A stretch of 64,000 nt of DNA from an uncultured Chloroflexia bacterium (GCA_963778645.1 CAVZVH010000025.1:18789-82788); one strand, 5' to 3'; positions 1-12,297 are shown, counted from the first letter of the stretch. Program-made: numbers and translations. The notes: generated by a model not told the origin, from the sequence alone.

Positions 1-3000
1 GCTCGATCGCGGACCAGGGCGACCAGCTGCGCGCCGCGGCCGCCGAGACGATCGAGGCGATGGCCGCGGGCGCCGACGTCATCTACCAGGCGACGTTCTT
101 CGACGGCACCTGGCGCGGCCACGCGGACTTCCTGCTCCGTGTCGACGATGCCGCGAGCGACCGTCGGTCTGGGGGCCGTGGCACTACGAGGTCGCCGACA
201 CCAAGCTCGCCCGCCACGTCAAGGCGAGCGCCGTCCTCCAGATCTGCTGCTACGTCGACCAGCTGGAGCGCGTCCAGGGCGTGCGGCCGGAGTGGCTGCA
301 CGTCGCGCTCGGTGGCAGCGCCCGGGCGGTCGAGCGGCTGCGCGTCGACGACTACATGGCCTACTACCGGAGCGCGAAGGCCCGGTTCCTCGCCACGATG
401 ACCGACGAGGTCGCCGGCGACCTATCCGCCGGCGACCACCTATCCCGAGCCCGTCGAGCACTGCGACGTCTGTCGCTGGGCGGCCGAGTGCGTCGCCCGC
501 CGCCGCGCCGACGACCACCTCAGCCTCGTCGCCGGGATCTCGGCCCGCCAGCGACGCGCCCTGATCGACCGCGGGATCCCGACCCTCGAGGCGCTCGGCG
601 ACCTGCCGCTGCCGATGGAGCCGCCGCTCGAGGGCACGAGCGAGGGCGCCCTGCTCCGCGTCCGGGAGCAGGCGCGGATCCAGCTCGAGGGTCGCCGCGA
701 GGGTCGCCTGCACTACGAGCTCCTCCTGCCCGCAGGACGGCGAGCCGATCGACTCCGGAACGCGGCCTCGCCTCGCTCCCGCCGCCGTCACCGGGCGACC
801 TGTTCTTCGACATCGAGGGCGACCCGTACGCCTTCGACGACGGGCTCGACTACCTCTTCGGCATCCTCGAGGTCGACGGGACGTTCCACGCGTTCTGGTC
901 GCGCGACGAGGCCGGCGAGTTCACCCTCGACGGCGAACGACGGGCGTTCGAGGCGCTGATGGACTTCATCGGCGAGCGGCTCCGGGCCGACCCGAACCTG
1001 CACATCTACCACTACGCGCCGTACGAGCCGACCGCGCTCAAGCGCCTGATGGGTCGCTACGGCACCCGCGAGGACGAGGTCGACGACCTGCTGCGGGGCG
1101 GCATGCTCGTCGACCTGCTGCGGGCCGTCCGCCAGTCGCTGCGCGCGTCGGTCGAGAGCTACTCGATCAAGAGGATGGAGGCGTTCTACGGGTTCACCCG
1201 CGAGATCGACCTGCGCGATGCGGGCTCGAGCATCGTCGCCTTCGAGGAGTGGCTGGAGCTCGGCGAGGGCGAGCGCCCGGACTCGACGCACCTCGACCGC
1301 ATCGAGCGCTACAACCGCGACGACGTCGTCAGCAACCGGCAGCTCCGCGACTGGCTCGAGACGCTGCGCGACGAACTCGCCGCGGCGACCGGGCAGACCG
1401 GTCCCCCGCCCCGGCGAGCGCCAGGCGCTCCCGGCCGACGTCACCGAGGCGCAGGCCCGGGTCCAGGCCCTGGTCGAGCGACTCGCCGACCCGCCGATCG
1501 TCCCGACCGACGCCGCCGACCGAGACCCGGAGCAGCAGGCGCGCTGGCTGCTCGCCCAGCTCCTCGGCTGGCACCGTCGCGAGGACAAGGCGATGTGGTG
1601 GGAGTTCTTCCGCCTCATGGGACTCGACGCCCGACCAGCTGGTCGACGAGAACGTGCCCGATCGGCGGGCTCGAGCCGATCGGCCCGCTCGACGAGCCGC
1701 GCAAGGGCAAGCAGACCTGGCGCTACGCCTTCCCGGACCAGGACTTCGACCTCGGCCGGGGCGAGCTGCTACGACCCGGCGCATGAGCCAGGCGCGCACC
1801 GGGCGCCAGCCCGTTCACCTGGAGCATCGGCAAGATGGTCGCCGTCGATCTCGCGGGCCTGACGATCGACATCCGGCGCGAGGTCGACGCAGCCGCATCC
1901 GCGCTGCCGTCGTGGCCGCTCGACTGGGTCCGGACCGCCGATCACCAGGCGTCGCTGTTCGAGCTCGGCGAATGGGTCGCCGAGCACGGGATCGACGCCG
2001 ACGGCCCGCACCGCCTGTCGCGCGACCTGCTGCTCGGGCGCCCGCCGCGGGTCGGGCAGGCGCCCGGGAGCCGCTGGTCGAGCCCGGCGAGACCGGACCT
2101 CGAGGCGGCCGCGACGCGACTGGCCCAGCCGCCTCGACTCGACCACGCTCGCGATCCAGGGTCCGCCCGGGTCCGGCAAGACCTACACCGGGGCGCGGAT
2201 GATCGTCTCGCTCCTGCGAGGCCGGGCAAGCGGGTCGGGATCACCGGCACGAGCCACAAGGTGATCGGCAACCTCCTGCGGGAGGTGCTCGCACGCCGGC
2301 GAGCCGGGCGACGTCCGGGCGATCCAGCACGGGCCGAAGGACCAGGTCGTCGATGACCCGGCGGTCGCCCACGCGAAGGACGCGTCGGACGTGCGGGCGC
2401 GTCTCGATGACGGCCGGGCCAACCTCGCCGCCGGCACCTCGTGGCTGTGGGTCTCGGCGAAGATGCCGGACGCGGTCGACGTGCTGTTCGTCGACGAGGC
2501 GGGCCAGATCTCGCTCGCGAACGTCGTCGCGATGGCCCGCGCGACGAACAGCCTCGTCCTGCTCGGCGATCCGCAGCAGCTCGACCAGCCGCTCCAGGGC
2601 ATCACATCCGGACGGCGCCGATCGCTCGGCGCTCGCCCACGTCCTCGGCGATCAGGCCACGATGCCGCCCGACCGTGGCCTCTTCCTCGAACAGACGTGG
2701 CGGCTGCACCCGGCCCTGTGCGAGTTCACGTCCGAGGTCTTCTACGACGACCGACTGGAGCCGGAGCCGCATCTCGCGATCCAGCGGCTGCGACTCGGAC
2801 CGTCGTCGAGCTCGACGGCGTCGGACCGCGGCTGATCGAGGTCGTCGACGGCCGGCGCCGACAACGAGTCGCCCGTCGAGGCGGAACGCGTCGCCGCCGT
2901 CGCGCGGTCGCTGGTCGGGGGCGGCGCGCGACTGGATGGACCGCCAAGGCGTCGGATGCGACCGGTCGGCTGGGACGACGTCCTCATCGTCGCGCCGTAC

Positions 3001-3370
3001 AACGCGCAGGTCGGGGCGATCAAGCGGCTGCTGCCCGCCGAGGCGCGGGTCGGGACCGTCGACAAGTTCCAGGGCCAGGAGGCGCCGATCAGCATCTACT
3101 CGCTGACGACGTCGAGCCCCGAGCTCGCACCGCGCGGGATGGACTTCCTGTACAGCCGCAACCGGCTCAACGTCGCGACGTCGCGCGCCCGATGCGTCGC
3201 GCGTGGTCGTCGGGTCGCCCGACCTCTGGCGGGTGCGCGCCCGGAACCCGGCCCAGATGCGGCTGGCCAACGCCTTCTGTCGGTTCGTCGAGCTGGCCGC
3301 GTCGCCGCGCGACGCCGGCAGTTCCGAGGTCACCACGCGGGTCGAGGTGCTGACGCTCGGCCTGGACTGA
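1..3370 (+). pseudogene. RecB-family nuclease fused to superfamily-1 AAA helicase (TM0106-type); 5' end lies outside the window; many frame changes
   Basis: Motif-bearing pieces are spread over all three + frames. They include ADFLLRVDD, WHYEVADTKLARHVKASAVLQICCYVDQL, the Cys cluster EHCDVCRWAAEC, LFFDIEGDPYAFDDGLDYLFG...HIYHYAPYEPTALKRLM, Walker A LAIQGPPGSGKTYTG, Walker B VLFVDEAGQISLAN, and VAPYNAQV..VDKFQGQEAPISIYS..NRLNVATSRAR. Stop TGA at 3368-3370. Confidence 0.75.
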
Positions 3371-3395
3371 GCGGCGCGACCTATCATCGGCGGCC

Positions 3396-4666
3396 ATGGC
3401 CGTCAGCGTCGACGCTCTCGCCCGCCCGGCTCGATGCCGCCCGCCGACGCTCCACGTGGTCGCTCGTCGCGGGCGTCGCGCTCGGCAGCACCGGCCACAT
3501 CGCGGCCGTCACGGTCGCCGCGATCGTCGCCCAGCACCTCGGGCGGGACCGCCGTCTGGAGCGGCGTGACCGGTGCCGCCGTGATCCTCGGGGCAGCCGC
3601 TGGGGCCGTCGCTGCTCTCCGCGCTCATGGTCCGTCGCGGGCGGCGGACCGGGCTGGCGGCCGGGCTACTGCCATCGGAGTCGGAGGCGCCATCGTCGCG
3701 ACCGTCGCGGTCCTGTCGTCGTCGTTGCCGCTGCTCCTCGTCGGGACGTTCTTCATCGGGTTCGGCAACTCCTCGAACCAGCTGTCGCGCTACGCCGCCG
3801 CCGATCTCTATCCCGGATGCGCGGCGCGCCTCGGCGATCGGCCTCGTCGTCTGGGGCGCGACGGTCGGCGCCATCGTCGGGCCGAACCTCGTCGCGCCGG
3901 CCGGGATCGTCGGCGACGAACCTCGGCCTGCCCGAGCTCGCCGGGCCGTACTTCGTCCCGATGGTCTTCGTCGGGGCGGCGGCGTCCTGCTCTCCTGGGC
4001 GCCTCCTGCGACCCGATCCGTACGAGCTCGCCGACGAGACCTCACGAACCGATCCGGCGGCTGACGCGTCGGTCGCGGTGTCGCTTGGCGTCGGTGCTCC
4101 GCCGGCCGAACGTCCCGGTGGCCATCGTCGCGCTCGTCACCGGCCAGGTCGTCATGGTCCTGATCATGACGATGACGCCGCTCCACATGACCGAGCACGG
4201 TCACACGCTGGGCGCCGTGGGCCTGGTCATCAGCGGCCACACGTTCGGGATGTTCGGGCTGTCGCCGCTGTCCGGGCGGCTGACGGATCGGGTCGGGAGC
4301 GTGCCGGTCATCCTCGCCGGCCTCGCCGTCATCGCGGCGTCGTCGGTCCTGGCCGCGGCCGCGCCGCCCGATGGCGGCGTGCTGCTGTTCGTCGCCCTGT
4401 TCCTGCTCGGCTACGGGTGGAACCTGGGCTACGTCGCCGGGTCGGCGCTCCTGACGACGGGCCTGTCGCTCGGCGAGCGGACCCGCCTCCAGGGTCTGAC
4501 CGACGCGCTCATCTGGAGCTCGGCCGCCGCTGCCAGCCTCGGCTCCGGCGTGATCATGGCCGCGGCCGGGTTCGCGATCCTTGGTCTGATCGGCGCCGCG
4601 ATGATCATCGTCCCCGTCACGCTCACGCTGGCACGACGGCGCGTGGTTCAGTCCTCGCGGATATAG
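3396..4666 (+). pseudogene. MFS transporter; N-terminal half is frameshifted
   Basis: ATG at 3396. Transmembrane segments occur in three frames (WSLVAGVALGSTGHIAAVTVAAIVAQHLG, LLLVGTFFIGFGNSSNQLSRYAAADLYP, AIGLVVWGATVGAIVGPNLVAPAG). The C-terminal half is continuous (VAIVALVTGQVVMVLIMTMTPLHMTEHGH...GRLTDRVG...GYGWNLGYVAGSALL). Confidence 0.7.
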
Positions 4667-5712
4667 CGCCGGTCGGGCCAGTCGAGGAGCGGGAACGGCG
4701 GCATCGGCAGGATCTCCAACTTGGGTCGACCGGGCAGCCGCTTGGGGACCTTCCGAAGCACGCGATACCGATAGCCGACCGGACGTCCATCCGAGGCCCG
4801 GACGTAATAGCCGTCGGCATCGATGAAGAAGAACCAGTGCCTATCGTCCAGGGTGAGGTGCCGACCCTCTCGGGTGCGCGCGAAGCCCGCTCCCCAGGGC
4901 CGACGAACCCACGGATCATGGCCGAGCGGGTTTGGCGCGAGGTCCAGCCAGGCGGGTCGCCGTGCGGTGCGCCGCGGCGGTCGACGCTTGGGCAGCGGCG
5001 TGAACGGGAAGTCGACCGGTGCATCGGGGTCGGCGGCCACGACCGCGATCCGGCGGCGGAGCTCGGCCGTATCGAGACCCCGCCGCTCGCCATACGAGAT
5101 CAGGTGGTCGTCGGAGCCGTAGCGGTCGCGGTACGAATCCACGAAGGCGAGCGCGATGTCCGTCGGGAGGACCGACGTCCGGCCCGCCGTCCGGACGGCC
5201 TTGTCCGCGGCCTCGAGGCGGTTCTGGGTGGCTGGGGTCATCCTTCGCGATCGGCTTGCGCCGAGCCCGGGGTCGATGAGTCGAAGCCGCTCCTCGATCG
5301 TCGCCGAATCGAGACCCATCGACCGGATGGCGCCGGCAAGCGGCGTCCCACCGACGCCCGACGCCAGCCCGTGCCAGATGTGCACGCTCGAGACGTACGC
5401 GTGGCCTACCTGCTCCGCGACGGACTCGGCGTGGAGCACGAGCGCGGCGGCCTCGGTGCCGAAGCGGCCGGTGTCGGCCGTCGGACGATGGGCGGCCGCC
5501 CAGCACTCGACACCCGCCGCCAGCCATGCCCCACCAACGCCGTCATGAAGCCCGGCGCGCGGGAACGTCCGGTCAGTCCGGGCGATCTGGCCGGCCCGCT
5601 GCCGGGTGACCCCGAACCGTTCGGCGACCTCGGCCGTGCCGAGGATCCGTTCCTCAAGATGCCCGGACCATGCGGCGACCCGTTTTGGCGTCTTTTCGGT
5701 GAACTTCCCCAC
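4648..5712 (-). CDS. Uncharacterised protein with an N-terminal helix-turn-helix, a double Clp_N-like repeat and an unknown C-terminal domain
   Basis: Uninterrupted 354-aa ORF with a GTG start. HTH-like segment AEVAERFGVTRQRAGQIA. Clp_N-like repeats AESVAEQVGHAYVSSVHIWHGLASG and MTPATQNRLEAADKAVRTAGRTSVLPTDIALAFV. C-terminal region (HWFFFIDADGYYVRASDGRPVGYRYRV) has no motif I recognise. It uses more A/T-ending codons than its neighbours. Confidence 0.7.
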   Translation of the reverse strand: MGKFTEKTPKRVAAWSGHLEERILGTAEVAERFGVTRQRAGQIARTDRTFPRAGLHDGVGGAWLAAGVECWAAAHRPTADTGRFGTEAAALVLHAESVAEQVGHAYVSSVHIWHGLASGVGGTPLAGAIRSMGLDSATIEERLRLIDPGLGASRSRRMTPATQNRLEAADKAVRTAGRTSVLPTDIALAFVDSYRDRYGSDDHLISYGERRGLDTAELRRRIAVVAADPDAPVDFPFTPLPKRRPPRRTARRPAWLDLAPNPLGHDPWVRRPWGAGFARTREGRHLTLDDRHWFFFIDADGYYVRASDGRPVGYRYRVLRKVPKRLPGRPKLEILPMPPFPLLDWPDRRYIRED

Positions 5713-7035
5713 GCCCGGAGCGTCCCACGAGTTCCCGACCCGTCAAGGGGTGAAAGTGTCGGTGGGCGGTCATGCGCCGATCAGCTCCCGACGCGACCCA
5801 CGCGGCGAGGACCCGCGCGCAGGTCTCGACCTCGTCGAGCGGGACGTGCTCGTCGGCGCTGTGCGCGACCTTCACGTCGCCCGGGCCGAAGATGACGCAC
5901 GGCGTCCCGCCGACGTTGACGAACATCTGCATGTCGGCGCCGTACGGCTCGCCGAGCAGCGCCGGCCGCCGACCGGTGACGCGCTCGGCCACGTCCGCGA
6001 GGCCGATCGGCAGCGGGTGGTCCGACGGCACCCGGGCCGACCCGAACCGGCCCGCCGGTGATCTCGACGGTCGCCGGATGGTCGCGCAGGAAGTCGTCGC
6101 GCGGCGCAGGCCGCCGCGATGGCCGCCCGCAGCTCGGCCTCGGCGTCGGCGGCCGACTGCCCGAGCCGAACGCCGTAGCGACCGTCGGCGGTGACCCGGT
6201 CGAGGACGGTCGACGCCCACTCCCCGCCCGCGACGATGCCGATGATCGTCGGGTACGGGAGGCCGAGGGCGGTCATCAGCGGGTCGGTCTCGGCCTCGTT
6301 GCGCCGCGCCTCGTCCGCCTCGAGCGCCCTGGAGAGGACCCACAGCTTGTCGAGCGCCGAGATGCCCTCGCGCCGCTGCGAGGCGTGGGCCGCGCGGCCC
6401 GGAACGGTCAACCGGAACGTGATGGCACCGGCGTGGGCGACGACGATGTCGAGGTTCGACGGCTCCGGGATGATCGCGAGGTCGCCGGTGACGCCGGCGC
6501 GGATCGCGGCGAGCGTCCCCTGCCCGCCGTCCTCCTCGGACGGGACGAGGCGACGAGGAGCTCGCCGTCGAGGCGCTCGAGGTCCCCGGACGCGCCGAGC
6601 GCCCGGACCGCGCCGATGATCGCCGCGACGCCGCCCTTCATGTCGCAGGCGCCACGGCCGTAGAGCGCGCCGTCGCGGATCTCGCCGGCCCACGGGTCGG
6701 CGGTCCAGGTGGCGAGGTCGCCGGGCGGCACGACATCGAGATGGCCGGACAGGATGATCCGGCGGCCGCCGGCGCGTCCGGCCCGCCCGATCACGACCGG
6801 CAGCGACGTCCGCGGCATCTCCTCGCCCGGCCAGTCCGGGTCCGCACGGATCGCGGCCGGATCGGGCGTGACGACCTCGACCGACAGGCCCAGGTCGCGC
6901 AGGGCGTCGGCGGCCCAGGCGGCGACCGCCTCCTCGGAGCCGGTGATGCTCGGGACCGCGACGAGCGCCCGCAGGTCCTCGACCAGGCGCTGGCCGGTCG
7001 ATCGACGGGCGCCGTCGACCCGCGGACTCAGCCAC
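5654..7035 (-). pseudogene. M20-family metallopeptidase/deacylase (ArgE/DapE/CPG2-like), frameshifted
   Basis: [48 protein letters not shown] and FGPGDVKVAHSADEHVPLDEV lie in three - frames. GTG at 7035 overlaps the upstream stop. The 3' end is uncertain (5654 as read, or a shifted stop near 5772). Confidence 0.7.
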
Positions 7036-7860
7036 GCAGGATCGGCCGGGTCATGCAGGTCGGCCCGCCGGACCCGTTGATCCCGATCTCGGTGGCCGGA
7101 TACGTGTGGACCTCGCAGCCCGCAGCGGCGAGCGCGGCGGCGTCCGCGGGATTGCCCTCGGCCAGGATGACGACGCCCGGGCGCACGGCCAGCACGTTGC
7201 AGCCGAGCGTCCGGAACTCCTCGTCCGGCACCTCGATGAGCCGGATGCCCAGCTCGCCGAGCAACGCCCACAGCCCGACCGGCAGGAGCGGCAGGTAGAC
7301 GACCGCGAGGTCGTCGGCGATCGGCGAGATGACCGACATGAGATGGATGAGCTCGGACGGGCCGCGCCAGTACGGGACGTCGAAGATGCGGACGTCGCCG
7401 CCGACCAGCTCGGCCAGCTGGCGCGCGCCGTCGTCGTTGGTCCGCAACGATCGCCCGATGCAGAACAGGTCGGGGCGGAGCCAGAGCGTGTCGCCGCCCT
7501 CGACGGTGCCGGGCGCCTCGATCCGGCCGACCGTCGGGATGCCGGCGGCCGTCGTCCAGGCCTCGATGGCGGCCGGCTCGCCGAGCCGGTTCGGCTTCCC
7601 AGGCCGGAGCGGGATCGCGCCGCGGTCGGTCACCAGCAGCGGATCGAAGGTGTAGACGAGGTCCGGGCTCTCGGTCTCGGCCTCGAGGACGTGGACGCGT
7701 GGAGCCGAGGCGCGCCAGCGTGTCGACGAAGACGTCGTGCTCGCGCTGGGCGACGTCGAGGTCGACCGGGTGGAGGAAGCCGTGGTCGGGGTCGTCGAAG
7801 GCGGCTCCGAACGCCGGGCCCGGGTCGCTTGACGAGGACGTCGAGCAGCGGCGCGGACAT
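7028..7860 (-). pseudogene. Amidinotransferase-superfamily enzyme (dimethylarginine dimethylaminohydrolase / arginine deiminase-like), frameshifted near the N-terminus
   Basis: [15 protein letters not shown].., [38 protein letters not shown] and [12 protein letters not shown]-terminal [13 protein letters not shown] carries the catalytic-Cys motif typical of this fold. Confidence 0.7.
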
Positions 7861-8049
7861 GCTCTGGGCGCCGAAGCGCCGGGTCGGTCGTCGTCATGGA
7901 GGGGAGGATACCGGCCGCGTCGGCGCGCGATGGCGGCCGCGACCCGACCATGGTGCCGACGGGCCCGCCAAGGAGGGCTGGCCGGGCCCGTACCCATGGA
8001 CCATGGCACGACGGTTGCCACGAACCGGTTACTCTGTGGGCGTGTCAGG

Positions 8050-8272
8050 CTACGCCGCGATGGCCCAGATCCGCGAAGCCCACCCCCGCCGATCCGGCCG
8101 CGGTGACGGCCGATCGCGAGCTCGTTCACGCTCGCGTATCGGATCCTGAGCGAGCAGCCCGGTCGCCGAGGAGCTCGTCGGGCCGCTCCTTCGACGATCG
8201 ACTCGTCGATGGTGGGACGTCACTGACCGAGAGCCTGAGCCAGACGACCTTCTTCCTGCTCGACCCGGAGAG

Positions 8273-8282
<10 letters not shown>
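8050..8282 (+). CDS. Possible small hypothetical protein (frameshifted)
   Basis: ATG at 8050 (MAQIREAHP..) continues after a frame change as ..[30 protein letters not shown], with a stop at 8280-8282. No recognisable family. Confidence 0.2.
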
Positions 8283-9459
<1,177 letters not shown>

Positions 9460-9520
9460 CCGACCGTCCGGCCGACCGGACCCCGAGGCAGCCGACCGGT
9501 GCGGTAGCATCACCACCGCC

Positions 9521-10055
9521 ATGGTCGTCTCCCGGACACCCATCCCGACCGTTGACCGCCCACGACCCGCGCCTCGCGCCGTGGCGCGCCTTCCTGGTCG
9601 CCCACGCCCGCGTGTCCCGCCGACTCGACGACGAGCTGCGCGCCGAGCACGACCTGTCGTTCGCCGAGTACGACGCCCTGCTGACCATCGCGACCGTCGC
9701 CGGGACGACGCATCCGGATGCGCCGCTGGCCGACCAGGTGCTGCTCAGCAAGAGCGGCGTGACGCGACTCATCGATCGGCTGGTCGCCGACGGCCTCGTC
9801 GAGCGGGATGCCTGCGTCACCGACGCGCGCGGCGCGGAGGCGGTCCTGACCGAGGCCGGCCTGTACCGGCTGCGCGCGGCGTCGACGACGCACCTGCGCG
9901 GCATCGCCGATCACTTCCTCGAGGTCCTCGACGACGAGCAGCTGTCCGAGGTCGGCCGGGCGATGCAGACCGTCGCCGACCGCGCCGGGGGCGGTCCGGG
10001 CGACTCGAGCCAAGGTCTGTCGGACGATGGCCGCCTGACGGAGCGCGAGGCCTGA
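9521..10055 (+). CDS. MarR-family transcriptional regulator (start region probably frameshifted)
   Basis: LAPWRAFLVAHARVSRRLDDELRAEHDLSFAEYDALLTIA...LADQVLLSKSGVTRLIDRLVADGLVER..DARGAEAVLTEAG is a typical winged-helix MarR core. Confidence 0.75.
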
Positions 10056-10800
10056 CCGCCAGCGTCGCCGGCCGCCTGTTCGCCGGCACGAGTGGCTTCG
10101 CCTATCCCGGCTGGTCGCCCCGCTTCTACCCGGCGGGCCTCGGCGCGGACCGCCTCCTGGCGCACTACGCAGAGCGCCTGACGCCGTCGAGCTCAACAAC
10201 ACCTACTACCAGCAGCCATCGCGCGGCCAAGGTCGCGGCCTGGCTGGCGGCCACGCCCGCCGAGTTCCGGTTCACGGTCAAGGCCCAACGCGGCGGCTCT
10301 GCCCGGTCGCTCGCCGATCCGGCGACCAGCGTGCCGTGGCTGACCGGGCCGTACCGGGCGTTCGGGGAGCGTCTCGGCTGCGTCCTGTTCCGGGTCCCCA
10401 CCGGGGTCGCCCGCGAACGACGAGCGGCTCGCGGCCTTCCTCGCCGCGTGGCCGCGCGACCTGCCGCTGGCCGTCGAGTGCCAGGACCCGGCCTGGCTGG
10501 TCGACGAGACGTTCGAGGCCCTCGCCGCGGCCGGCGCGGCGCTCGTCGCGACGGAGCTGCCCGACGATCCGGAGCCGCCGACTCTCCGGCGGACCGGACG
10601 CTTCCTGTACCTGCGCCTGCGCCGCCACGACTACGACGCCCGACGAGGTGGCGGTCTGGGCGGCTCGCCTGGAGCCGTTCCTCGCCTCCGGGATGGATGC
10701 CTACGTCTTCTTCCGGCACGACCCGGTCGGCCGCGGCCCGGAGCTCGCCCTCGAGCTGACCGCCGCGGTCGCGCCCGGGCGGTCGCGCCCAGGAGCTGAC
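10053..10800 (+). pseudogene. DUF72-family protein, frameshifted
   Basis: LFAGTSGFAYPGWSPRFYP, ELNNTYYQQPS (shifted), AEFRFTVKAQRG, LGCVLFRVP, FLYLRLRRHDY and AYVFFRHDPVGRGPELA are distributed over three frames. Both ends are approximate. Confidence 0.65.
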
Positions 10801-10805
10801 CCGGA

Positions 10806-11134
10806 TCAGCCGCGGTCGCCCTCGGCCGGACCGAAGACGACGAGGAGCTCCAGCCGCTCGACGATGTCGTGGAAGCGATGCGGGACCGTCGCGGCGACGA
10901 AGACCAGCGATCCCGGAACGCACATCCCGGGTCTCCTCGCCGACCGTCACCCGGCCGCGACCGCGGACCACGTAGTAGAGCTCGTCCTCGGTGTGCGGCG
11001 ACTGCGGGTCGGTGGCGCCCGCTTCGAGGACGTACAGGCCGGCGGACAGGTCCGGGACGCGAAGGAACTCCTCGTACAGCCGGCCGGCCGCCGTCCGTGC
11101 CGTCTCGACGTCAGTCGAGTTCCCAGGCGTCCAT
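10806..11134 (-). pseudogene. Cupin-domain protein, frameshifted
   Basis: GGAGGG lies 7 nt before ATG 11134. LYVLEAGATDPQSPHTEDELYYVVRGRGRVTVGEETRDVRSG continues after a shift as SLVFVAATVPHRFHDIVERLELLVVFGP. Stop at 10806-10808. Confidence 0.6.
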
Positions 11135-11137
11135 GGA

Positions 11138-11781
11138 TCAGCCCTCCTCCGGCTCGTTCGCGTCCGAGCCCGATCCCAGACCGGTCTCGTCGAGCAGCTC
11201 GGCGGCGGCGCGGTCCCGCTCTCCTTCGCTCTCGAACGAGAGCAGGAGCGGACCGGTCCCAGCCACGGCACGGAGCGCCGGCCGCGCGCCTCGGAACGGC
11301 AGGGCGAGCCCGGACGTGAGCCGCACGAGCTGTCCGAGCCCGAGGGCGACGCCTTCCGGCCGCCCGCGACGCTCGATGATCAGGGTCGACGACGGTTCGA
11401 CGACGGGCTCGGGTCGCCTCGTCGGCGGCCGGTGGTTCGGCCTCCGGCGATTCGGCCGTCGGTGGTGCGGCCGCCGGTCGCGCCGCGGTGCCGGGCGCCA
11501 CCGGGAATCGCACGAGATCGGCCGGGCCTCCCGGACGTGGATGCAGCCCTTCGGTCGTCCGCAACAGGCCCGGTGACCTTGAGCGGGAGCGCGCTCGCCG
11601 ACGGCGAGGCTCGTCGCCGGTTCGGGCAGGCGCCCGATCGGACCGCCGGTAGATGAGGTAGCCGCCGGCGAGACCGACGAGGATGGCACCGGCCAGCAGG
11701 CCGGCCGCCCCGGCCAGATCCGAACGCGAGGAAGGGGTTGGCCGGCGTCGCACCCTCGTCGAGGATATGACGGTCGCTCAC
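11138..11781 (-). pseudogene. Hypothetical single-pass membrane protein, frameshifted
   Basis: VSDRHILDEGATPANPFLAF.., TM segment AGLLAGAILVGLAGGYLIY, and C-terminal STLIIERRGRPEGVALGLGQLVRLT..LLLSFESEGERDRAAAELLDETGLGSGSDANEPEEG. No family recognised. Confidence 0.4.
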
Positions 11782-11784
11782 GAT

Positions 11785-12297
11785 CAGGTCCCGAGTCGTC
11801 GAACGCGAGGCCCGACGACGACTTCGCCTCGCTCACGGCTCGCTCGTCACGCCGGAGCATCCCGGTGAACGGTGGCCGGCACCGGTCGAAGTCGACGTCG
11901 TCGCCCAGGACCTCCTCGGGCGGTCGCATCGAGCGCACGGTCACGCCGGTCGACGAGTCTCGGATCGACGAGGAAGTAGTACCACTCGGTGGTGATCTCG
12001 TCGCCGTCCATGTCCCCGTTGCCGTTGAGGTCGAAGAACGTCTCGACGTAGTCGGGCGAGACGCTCCCGACGACCGTCGCGTACGGTGCGGTCCGGGAGG
12101 CCCGCGTCGGTGGTGATCGCGCCCGCGGCGAGGACGCGCGGCGACGGATCGTCGGTGACCTCGAGTCCGGCCAGGACGAGGAGCGTGGCGAGGAGCACGA
12201 GCAGGACCGCGACGATGACCGAGCCCGGTCGGGTCGCCAGCGGGTTCGCGACCCCGCCGCTGGCCGAGCGGGCGAACGGCCCGGTCGGCCAGATCGG
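11785..12297 (-). pseudogene. Hypothetical membrane-anchored protein with an EF-hand-like Ca-binding loop, frameshifted; may be one gene with 11138-11781
   Basis: TM segment GSVIVAVLLVLLATLLVLAGL is followed by APYATVVGSVSPDYVETFFDLNGNGDMDGDEITTEWYYFLVDP. DLNGNGDMDGDE fits the 12-residue EF-hand loop pattern. Boundaries are uncertain. Confidence 0.4.

Noticed and set aside
2956-5895. Very long ORFs in the track: 2956-5895 (979 aa), 8417-10759 (780 aa), 50369-53953 (1194 aa), 30704-32860 minus (718 aa), 57183-59234 minus (683 aa), 18665-20269 minus (534 aa), 43970-45670 minus (566 aa) and 11138-12835 minus (565 aa).
   Set aside because: Their translations are mostly Arg/Pro/Ala/Gly-rich low-complexity strings. 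They run through or antisense to several well-recognised genes. At about 70% GC, stop codons are rare in non-coding frames. Only short stretches within them correspond to real genes read in frame.
3396-7860. Possible mobile or foreign island around the HTH/Clp_N gene.
   Set aside because: There is no integrase, transposase, recombinase, flanking direct repeat or tRNA target. The only hints are the gene's intactness and a mild codon-usage difference. These are reported as a finding but do not support a mobile-element call.
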